DNA of 35,932 nt from a virus: the UHGV virus genome UHGV-1541349. One strand, written 5' to 3'. Positions 29,704-35,932 of the stretch are shown in pieces (positions within the stretch are counted from its first letter, which is position 1; each line of letters starts with the position of its first letter). Under the pieces are notes generated by a model. It was not told where the DNA came from. It searched no databases and saw nothing but the letters and a program-made list of their open reading frames with translations. The translations under genes were made by a program, and so were the position numbers.

Positions 29704-30176
29704 ACCTCAATCTCTCTGACCGTTCCGCCTGCTTCTTTGAATTTTGCAATCAGGCTGTCAGCCTTATGCTCGAACTGTCCATAACCAGCCCCGGGCAACG
29801 AAGCCCAGATATTGCTGCAACGGTCGATTGCCTGACGGATATCACCGCGATCAATCATCGGCAAAGCGCCACGCTCTTTAATCTGTTGCAGTGCCACAGC
29901 GTCCTGGCTTTTCGGAGAGAAGTCTTTCAGGCCAAGCTGCTTACGGTAGGCATCCCACCAACGGGAAAGAAGCTGGTAACGTCCGGCGGCTGTTGATTTG
30001 AGTTTGGGGTTTAGCGTGACAAGTTTGCGAGGGTGATCGGAGTAATCAGTGAATAGCTCTCCGCCTACAATGACGTCATAACCATGATTTCTGGTTTTCT
30101 GTCGTCCGTTATCAGTTCCCTCTGACCACGCCAGCATATCGAGGAACGCCTTACGTTGATTATTGATTTCCACCAT
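29700..30176 (-). CDS. R: Endolysin, lambda R-type lytic transglycosylase
   Basis: Protein is near-identical to phage lambda R as recalled ([35 protein letters not shown]...). Confidence 0.9.
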   Translation of the reverse strand: MVEINNQRKAFLDMLAWSEGTDNGRQKTRNHGYDVIVGGELFTDYSDHPRKLVTLNPKLKSTAAGRYQLLSRWWDAYRKQLGLKDFSPKSQDAVALQQIKERGALPMIDRGDIRQAIDRCSNIWASLPGAGYGQFEHKADSLIAKFKEAGGTVREIEV

Positions 30177-30483
30177 CTTCTACTCCGGCTTTTTTAGCAG
30201 CGAAGCGTTTGATAAGCGAACCAATCGAGTCAGTACCGATGTAGCCGATGAACACGCTCGTTATATAAGCGAGATTGCTACTTAGTCCTGCGAAGTCGAG
30301 AAGGTCACGAATGAACCAGGCGATAATGGCGCACATCGTTGCGTCGATTACTGTTTTTGTAAACGCACCGCCATTATATCTGCCGCGAAGGTACGCCATT
30401 GCAAACGCAAGGATTGCCCCGATGCCTTGTTCCTTTGCCGCGAGAATGGCGGCTAACAGGTCATGTTTTTCTGGCATCTTCAT
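30160..30483 (-). CDS. S: Holin, lambda S-type
   Basis: Near-identical to lambda S, including the dual-start MKMPEKH motif. Three transmembrane segments. Confidence 0.9.
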   Translation of the reverse strand: MKMPEKHDLLAAILAAKEQGIGAILAFAMAYLRGRYNGGAFTKTVIDATMCAIIAWFIRDLLDFAGLSSNLAYITSVFIGYIGTDSIGSLIKRFAAKKAGVEDGGNQ

Positions 30484-30725
30484 GTCTTACCCCCAATAAG
30501 GGGATTTGCTCTATTTAATTAGGAATAAGGTCGATTACTGATAGAACAAATCCAGGCTACTGTGTTTAGTAATCAGATTTGTTCGTGACCGATATGCACG
30601 GGCAAAACGGCAGGAGGTTGTTAGCGCAACCTCTTGCCACCCGCTTTCACGAAGGTCATGTGTAGAAGGCCGCAGCGTAACTATCACTGATGAATTCAGG
30701 ATAGCCAGTGGCTACGGCTCAGTTA

Positions 30726-30801
30726 TGGTGCTGGTTAACGGACTTGAACCGCTACCCATTCGCTTACAAGGCGACTGCTCTACCATTGGAGCTAAACCAG
30801 C
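30726..30801 (-). tRNA. Phage-encoded tRNA, anticodon UGU (Thr-like)
   Basis: 76 nt ending in CCA. Manual fold gives 7-bp acceptor, D and T arms, and anticodon loop CTTGTAA. Anticodon assignment is manual and unverified. Confidence 0.55.
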
Positions 30802-30806
30802 ATGTT

Positions 30807-30881
30807 TGGCGGGACAGCGTGGACTCGAACCACGATAAGAAGGTTAACAGCCTTCCGTAATGACCTTTATACGACTGACCC
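30807..30881 (-). tRNA. Phage-encoded tRNA, anticodon GUU (Asn-like), one acceptor-stem mismatch
   Basis: 75 nt ending in CCA. Perfect anticodon stem GAAGG/CCTTC with loop CTGTTAA, T-stem CGTGG/CCACG, and a T.T mismatch at acceptor pair 4-69. Confidence 0.5.
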
Positions 30882-30885
30882 AAAT

Positions 30886-30927
30886 AAAAAAAGCCACCGT
30901 TGCAACTTAAGAGTCACTAACGGCAGC
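30886..30927 (-). terminator. tR'-like terminator of the short late leader RNA, downstream of Q
   Basis: Minus-strand 9-bp stem (two G.U pairs) followed by a T7 run. A TTGACA hexamer lies at 30961-30966 upstream. Promoter not mapped. Confidence 0.4.
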
Positions 30928-30972
30928 TTATGCGAATAGTGTTGCTCATTTGCTCAATGATGTCAACACGTT

Positions 30973-31461
30973 CTATGCTACATGTTTAATTTTCTCTACA
31001 CGTTTCCGGTTTTTAAACGCACTATCCAGAACTGGGTAAATCATAAACAACGAAGCATTGAGGATTTCGTCAACTTCCCGGCGACAGGTTGCGAGCGATG
31101 GTTTTTGAATACGCCCGCCGCCCCGGCATAACATCTTGCGAGGTCTTGCGACACGATGATAGTAAGATGCAATGGCATGCTTGGAAGATCCATGAGCGTA
31201 GTAGCTGAGGAGGATGCCAAAGGCTTTCTTGTCAATGCACATGACGGAATCGACGACCTGAGAAATCAACATTCCATCATCATCATTACACATTGGCCTT
31301 GTCATAACTCTTCCCGGCTCTACGCTCTCCATGAACTTCGCTATTACGCTGCTCATGCGCTTTTCCAGACGACCTGAATAAACCCATGCGCCCCACAGTT
31401 CAAGCCAGCCATTCAGCCAATCGTGCTGTTCTTTGGTGAGGTTTATTTCTCTTATGCTCAT
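30973..31461 (-). CDS. Q: Late-gene antitermination protein Q (non-lambda type)
   Basis: 162 aa with Cys-rich motifs, positioned immediately upstream of the tR'-like terminator, tRNAs and lysis cassette. Confidence 0.6.
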   Translation of the reverse strand: MSIREINLTKEQHDWLNGWLELWGAWVYSGRLEKRMSSVIAKFMESVEPGRVMTRPMCNDDDGMLISQVVDSVMCIDKKAFGILLSYYAHGSSKHAIASYYHRVARPRKMLCRGGGRIQKPSLATCRREVDEILNASLFMIYPVLDSAFKNRKRVEKIKHVA

Positions 31462-31646
31462 CGTCTTCCCCTCTTGCCCTGTTTGACCATCAGGACGCCG
31501 TTAACTATTACGTGACGCTCGCCTTTGCTGTCTCGGTTGTACTTGAGCACTGTTCCTCTTGCGCAGGAAAGCATCCTCGCCACTTCGGTCTGATTGCCTC
31601 GTGTCTGGATAAGAAGCTCTGGTATCGTTTGAATTGTGGCGTTCAT
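31458..31646 (-). CDS. ninH: NinH-like protein
   Basis: Resembles lambda NinH (TIPELLIQTRGNQTEVARMLSCARGTVLKY...IVNGVLMV). Confidence 0.6.
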   Translation of the reverse strand: MNATIQTIPELLIQTRGNQTEVARMLSCARGTVLKYNRDSKGERHVIVNGVLMVKQGKRGRR

Positions 31647-32005
31647 ACGTTCTCCAGTTCGGTGATTTTTATTCCAAGCCGTCCGCCTGGTACTTTCACG
31701 CCACGAATTACGCGAATGTCATCGAATTGCTCGTCGTCTTCCGCAAATCCTGCGTGGATAAGGGAATCGAGTAAACCTTTCAGGATGTTATCGAGGTCGC
31801 GGCGGCGGGAGTCTGGAACGTCTGCGATTACTTTGATGCGGAGTCGTGATTTGGTGAAAATGTCTAACTTGAGTTGGCGGATGATTTGCTGAACGTCTTT
31901 TCGGTATTTCTGGCCTTTATCGCTGATGTAGTATTGGCTTCCCCGTCTTCGCCAGTAGGTGTTCACCGACGGCGGGTATGGAAGCACAAACTGATATTCG
32001 CTCAT
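31643..32005 (-). CDS. rusA: Holliday junction resolvase RusA
   Basis: RusA family hallmarks (LPYPPSVNTYW...DSRRRDLDNILKGLLDSL...GGRLGIKITE). Confidence 0.8.
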   Translation of the reverse strand: MSEYQFVLPYPPSVNTYWRRRGSQYYISDKGQKYRKDVQQIIRQLKLDIFTKSRLRIKVIADVPDSRRRDLDNILKGLLDSLIHAGFAEDDEQFDDIRVIRGVKVPGGRLGIKITELENV

Positions 32006-32292
32006 GACTTAATCTTCCCCTCCTTCAGCAGTATCGCCTGCGTCCTGATCACGCCTTCCAGGTGGTAAAGTCTGGCGTCTTTGTTGTCGAGGTTATGGGT
32101 GCGTCGGTCGATTTCATCGTGACACGCGCTACAAGCCCATGCGCCGATCAGGTCGTCAGGCTTCATTCCCGTTCCGCAAATTCCAGCCATCCGGTAATGT
32201 GCCAGAACTGTAGTTTCAGGATTGCCATTGCATATGCCGTAAATACGTACCTGGCATTCTCTGCCGCGCGCTTCTTTGCGTAGGTTAGCCAT
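32002..32292 (-). CDS. YbcO-like protein (nin region)
   Basis: 96-aa Cys/His-rich protein immediately upstream of rusA, as in DLP12-type nin regions. Confidence 0.45.
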   Translation of the reverse strand: MANLRKEARGRECQVRIYGICNGNPETTVLAHYRMAGICGTGMKPDDLIGAWACSACHDEIDRRTHNLDNKDARLYHLEGVIRTQAILLKEGKIKS

Positions 32293-32561
32293 TATGGTTC
32301 ACTCCAGTAATTCTCAATTGCAGCAGCCATTCTCTGCATCCACTCAGCCAGCTTTAACGCGGCTTCTCTTTCAGAACCACATTTAGGGAAATCCTTCATT
32401 TCCATGCTGGCCTTATATGTTCTGAATGCCAGGTCTCCGGTAATAATCAGCTCCTGATCAAGCACCGAGCGTTTATTCCGGTGTTGAACGTAATAGACAG
32501 ATTCAGTCCGCATTTCTTCTCTGTCTTTTTTGAAGGAAATAAGCTCAGAGAAATCACTCAT
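32292..32561 (-). CDS. Hypothetical nin-region protein
   Basis: Start placed at ATG 32561, which overlaps the NinF stop in an ATGAGTGA arrangement. The ORF track start is at 32597. Confidence 0.4.
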   Translation of the reverse strand: MSDFSELISFKKDREEMRTESVYYVQHRNKRSVLDQELIITGDLAFRTYKASMEMKDFPKCGSEREAALKLAEWMQRMAAAIENYWSEP

Positions 32562-32730
32562 CGTCTTCTTCCTCGTACATTGAGCTATTCGGATCACTCA
32601 TCAGTTCTGTACAGCAGTGCTCACACACGTGAACTTCCAGCACATGCAGCTTCTGACCGCAGTTAGCGCACGTTAAAGCTCGCTCGACGCTTTCTTTCTG
32701 GTATTGAAGGGATTGGGATGGGCTAAGCAT
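32554..32730 (-). CDS. ninF: NinF-like small Cys-rich protein (58 aa; below the ORF track cutoff)
   Basis: Manual translation gives [58 protein letters not shown], matching lambda NinF as recalled. Confidence 0.5.
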   Translation of the reverse strand: MLSPSQSLQYQKESVERALTCANCGQKLHVLEVHVCEHCCTELMSDPNSSMYEEEDDE

Positions 32731-33148
32731 TATTGGCGTACTGCATCATGAGAAAGACAATCATGGCGGCATGGAGAGGCGACTCACCGCAGAAGCAGTA
32801 GTCAGGAATATTTTCCCATTCCCAACAACCCTCCTCTAAATCACCTCCTGACCATGCGCACCATTCTTTTTCCGCTGTCATCCACATAGTGCTGATTTTG
32901 TTTTCAGTGATAATTGGCCACGCGTATTCAGGATTATTGCAAGGATTGAAGCAATTTCCGTTTGAAGCACGGAAGCCATTAATATCCCTTTTTTGCGTCT
33001 GCCAAATAGGTCCTCTTTCGTCAGTGGGGATCTCAGAATCGAAATCTGCTTCGTCATTAGGTATGAAGAAATGCTCCTCCATATCTAAAGCCTCACATAC
33101 TCGCTTGTTAATTTCAAAATCACTTAACTGTGAATAATCCATTGTCAT
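32723..33148 (-). CDS. Hypothetical Cys/Trp-rich nin-region protein
   Basis: Start placed at the internal Met (MTMDYSQ), which forms an ATGA overlap with the NinE-like stop. Confidence 0.4.
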
Positions 33149-33321
33149 TTCCTCGCACGATGTCTTAGCCACCGGATATCCCACAGGTGAGCCGTGTAGT
33201 TGAAGGTTTTTACGTCAGATTCTTTTGGGATTGGCTTGCGTTTATTTCTGGAGCGCTTCGTTGGAAGGTATTTGCAGTTTTCACAGATTATGTCGGTGAT
33301 ACTTCGTCGCTGTCTCGCCAC
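33145..33321 (-). CDS. NinE-like protein (GTG start)
   Basis: Manual ORF with RBS aaaggagg, a 4-nt spacer and GTG. Basic 58-aa product (...[30 protein letters not shown]...). Not in the ORF track. Confidence 0.4.
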
Positions 33322-33461
33322 ACGTCCTCCTTTTCCTGCGGTAGTGGTAACACCCCTGTTGGTGTTCTTTCACACCGGAGACACCATCGATTCCAGTAAG
33401 GTTGATTTGGTCGGAAGCGGTTATCTTCTTTGCATTCACCGCACCGATAACATCGCATCAT
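33288..33461 (-). CDS. NinD-like Cys-rich protein (57 aa)
   Basis: Start at [16 protein letters not shown], forming an ATGA overlap with the NinB stop. Contains CxxC pairs. Confidence 0.45.
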
Positions 33462-33898
33462 GCTGCCCGGTCTCCCCATCGCGCTTTCCACTCCAGAGCC
33501 AGTCTCGCTTCGTCTGACCACTTAACGCCACGCTCTGTACCGAATGCCTGTATAAGCTCTAATAGCTCCGCAAATTCGCTTACACGCATCCTGCTGGTTG
33601 ACTGGCCTATTACCACAAAGCCATTCCCGGCAAGGTTAGGAACAACGTCCTGCTGCTTTAATGCTGCTGTAAAAACGCACTTCCAGCTTTCCGCATCCAG
33701 CCAGCGACCATGCCATTCAACCTGACGAGAGACGTCACCAAGGCAAGCCCAAAGCTTTCGGTTTTGGTCTAAGCTGCGGTTGCGTTCCTGAATGGTTACT
33801 ACGATTGGTTTGGTTGGGTCTGGAAGAATTTGCTGTACTGCGTGAATAGCGTTTTGCTGATGTGCCGGAGATCGAATTTCAAAGGTTAGCTTTTTCAT
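33458..33898 (-). CDS. ninB: NinB (Orf-family recombination protein)
   Basis: From [28 protein letters not shown] the protein is near-identical to lambda NinB as recalled. The ORF track start at 33916 is probably upstream of the real start. Confidence 0.75.
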   Translation of the reverse strand: MKKLTFEIRSPAHQQNAIHAVQQILPDPTKPIVVTIQERNRSLDQNRKLWACLGDVSRQVEWHGRWLDAESWKCVFTAALKQQDVVPNLAGNGFVVIGQSTSRMRVSEFAELLELIQAFGTERGVKWSDEARLALEWKARWGDRAA

Positions 33899-33913
33899 GA
33901 CTTCCCTCTCCCC

Positions 33914-33946
33914 CAAATAAAAAGGCCTGCGATTACCAGCAGGCCT
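33914..33946 (-). terminator. tR2-like rho-independent terminator upstream of the nin genes
   Basis: Minus-strand hairpin aggcctgc-(8 nt loop)-gcaggcct followed by a T-run. Same position as lambda tR2 (between the replication genes and ninB). Confidence 0.5.
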
Positions 33947-33971
33947 GTTACAAGCTCAGTGATGTAGATGG

Positions 33972-34241
33972 TCATTCCTTCATCTCCCTTTCCATTTCAT
34001 CAATGTCAACGTCATCAGGAAGATGGGAGCAATACGCCGCTATACCATGATGATTTATCTCATACCCTTTGAACGTTACCATCTGGCGCGTAATCTCAAC
34101 TTCGTTCAGGAATCCGTCATCGCATAACTGCCTGGCTATTTTCGATTTGGTCTGGATTATTGGTAGTGCCTGTTCTTTCAAAGCGCATGATATTTGTGCA
34201 TCCCATGCCTTTTCGAGAATGGCTAATTGTTTTTTATTCAT
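33972..34241 (-). CDS. Hypothetical early-region protein
   Basis: 89-aa ORF between Ren and the tR2-like terminator. No motif recognised. Confidence 0.4.
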   Translation of the reverse strand: MNKKQLAILEKAWDAQISCALKEQALPIIQTKSKIARQLCDDGFLNEVEITRQMVTFKGYEINHHGIAAYCSHLPDDVDIDEMEREMKE

Positions 34242-34528
34242 TGCCTTACCTCCATAAGCGCCCTATTAATAAACGCCGTCATTGGATTTGCACATCCCCA
34301 CCCCGTACCATCTGGATTTCTTTTAATTGGCTCCTTCTTCACTTTGCGTTTTGCATAAATAACCGTCTTCCACTTACGCTCAACAACACTCAAATGCCCT
34401 TGTTTCACCATATGCCTTGCTGCTTGAGCGATTCTGTTATTTGGTATTCCGGTAATCAGAGCTAATTCATGTGGGGAGAATTGTTCATGAGTTTTCAGAT
34501 ATTCCAGGATGATTTCTTTTCCAGTCAC
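34238..34528 (-). CDS. ren: Ren-like protein
   Basis: 96 aa with an MTGKE N-terminus and winged-HTH-like core resembling lambda Ren. Directly downstream of the replication genes. Confidence 0.5.
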   Translation of the reverse strand: MTGKEIILEYLKTHEQFSPHELALITGIPNNRIAQAARHMVKQGHLSVVERKWKTVIYAKRKVKKEPIKRNPDGTGWGCANPMTAFINRALMEVRQ

Positions 34529-35436
34529 GATCTGCTCCTGTAACTATCCCATGTAAACGCAAGAGTGCACCCTCCGCCATCATTCATCCTGTCAATAACA
34601 CGCTCACCAATGAATGCCGAAAGTTCATCTTTGCTCTGATTACTAATCAGGATTGTTGGCTTCATGTATTCATATCTGGTGTTGATAATTTCGAACATGA
34701 TTAGCTTTTCAGCATCACTGCCGAACTGCACGCCAACCTCATCGATTATTAACAAGTCAGGATGCGTAAATTGCCTAATGACTTCTTCTTCAGTTCTGGT
34801 TGCGGCCTTAGACCATGTTGATTTGTACTCTCTGGCAATTTTCAACGCAGTGGTAAATATCACAGAGCTTTGATGCTCGATAATGGCGTGCCTAGCGATA
34901 GCCAGTGCAAGGTGGTTCTTTCCAGTTCCAGGCTTACCACACATGACCAGTCCGCCACCTTTTTGAAGGCGTTCAGGCCACTTACTGGCATATGCCTGGC
35001 ATACCTTAAGAACTCGCTTTGCATCATCGTTAACAGGCTCATAATTCTGAAGAGTGCAATTTTTGAACCTCTCTGGAATATTGAGAGAATTCAACAAATA
35101 TTCAATTTTTGATTGTCTTGCTCTTTGTTCTGCCTGCTCACGTTCAATCTCTTTCTTACGAATTTTCTCCTCAAGGCACTGTGGGCACTCAGATTTACTT
35201 GAAGTAATTCTTTTTCCTGAGATGGTCAGATATTTCTCATAGGAAGTATATTTACCGTGTTTCTCGCACTCTTCCACTGTGCTGGTAACTGACATTCCAT
35301 CTGATACTGATCCAATTTTGCTAAACTCAAGTTTCTGTTTCAGATCAGAAATGTCATTGATTTTTGAGTCTACAAGTTGCCTTTGCAGTGCCAGATTGTA
35401 ACCATTTGTCGTATTCATATTCACTCCTGCGCCCAT
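34525..35436 (-). CDS. DnaC-like helicase loader
   Basis: Walker A GKPGTGKNHLA and Walker B LLIIDEVG. Occupies the position of lambda P. Probable true start is ATG 35418, just after the upstream stop. Confidence 0.7.
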   Translation of the reverse strand: MGAGVNMNTTNGYNLALQRQLVDSKINDISDLKQKLEFSKIGSVSDGMSVTSTVEECEKHGKYTSYEKYLTISGKRITSSKSECPQCLEEKIRKKEIEREQAEQRARQSKIEYLLNSLNIPERFKNCTLQNYEPVNDDAKRVLKVCQAYASKWPERLQKGGGLVMCGKPGTGKNHLALAIARHAIIEHQSSVIFTTALKIAREYKSTWSKAATRTEEEVIRQFTHPDLLIIDEVGVQFGSDAEKLIMFEIINTRYEYMKPTILISNQSKDELSAFIGERVIDRMNDGGGCTLAFTWDSYRSRS

Positions 35437-35831
35437 GAAGGCATTTCAGTTTGCCCGTAATCTTTGGCGGCAAAGTTTTCCTGCATAGCTCGCTGCTGCG
35501 GCCTAGGTTGAGATTTCCCCTTTGGAGTCTTGGGTTCAAAAATCCCCTGCCAACCACTGGCGATGCTCTGGTTTATAATTTCTTCAGGTGTATATCCCTT
35601 CTCCAGACTTCTGCTTAGAACGTTGATAGCCTGAGTGACGCTTTGCTTAGACTTGATCGACTTACCTATCTCCTTGCGATAGGTAACCCACGACAACCAT
35701 GTTTCTGCCGATAACCAATCAGGCAACTCTGTTTCTAGCGGGTCGAACTTCTGAGAAATTTTTTTGGGGGATATAGGGGGTTTATTAATATTTTCTTTTG
35801 TCTTTAAAGAATGTCTTTTGTGTGTCTCTAA
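35421..35831 (-). pseudogene. Replication initiator (O-like/DnaT-like C-terminal domain), 5' end truncated by an IS5 insertion
   Basis: The reading frame runs straight into the IS5 terminus at 35832, and the apparent N-terminus MFAPS is encoded by IS5 end sequence from a TTG. DnaT-like C-terminal segment (WLSWVTYRKEIGKS...ASGWQGIF). Confidence 0.5.
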
Positions 35832-35932
35832 GGAAGGTGCGAACAAGTTCCTGATATGAGATCATCATATTCATCCCGAGCGCATCCCAGAGGGACATCA
35901 TGAGCCATCAACTCACCTTCGCCGATAGTGAA
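35832..35932 (+). mobile_element. insH: IS5 left end (partial, continues beyond the window)
   Basis: Terminal ggaaggtgcgaacaag with the transposase start ATGAGCCATCAACTCACCTTCGCCGATAGTGAA (MSHQLTFADSE) at 35900. Preceded by the preferred CTAA target at 35828-35831. Confidence 0.8.

Noticed and set aside
30600-30640. Stem-loop ggcaggaggttgttagcgcaacctcttgcc as an extra terminator or third tRNA
   Set aside because: It lies within leader sequence that appears shared with phage lambda upstream of S, has no cloverleaf and no U-run. It is treated as part of the conserved late leader rather than a separate feature.

Overview
The window is the late-gene/right arm of a mosaic lambdoid prophage, entirely on the minus strand, joined at a tRNA-Thr att fragment (6449-6494) to a separate, AT-rich mobility-and-defense islet (1-6448). 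Prophage order, right to left: IS5-disrupted replication gene, DnaC-like loader, Ren, nin region (NinB/D/E/F, RusA, NinH), Q antiterminator, two phage tRNAs, a lambda-type lysis cassette (S, R, Rz/Rz1), Rha, terminase, Mu-like head genes, and a contractile tail with baseplate and tail fibre genes. The islet carries a MobC-like gene, an AlpA-like regulator, an iteron-like origin region, an orphan HigA-like gene and an AAA ATPase + S8 peptidase pair resembling the IetAS defense system. The best candidate for an undescribed system is a low-GC two-gene moron (12091-12441 secreted protein, 11334-11966 unknown protein) with its own terminator, inserted between baseplate genes. All calls rest on reading the translated ORFs and sequence by eye and from recall of known families; no searches were run.
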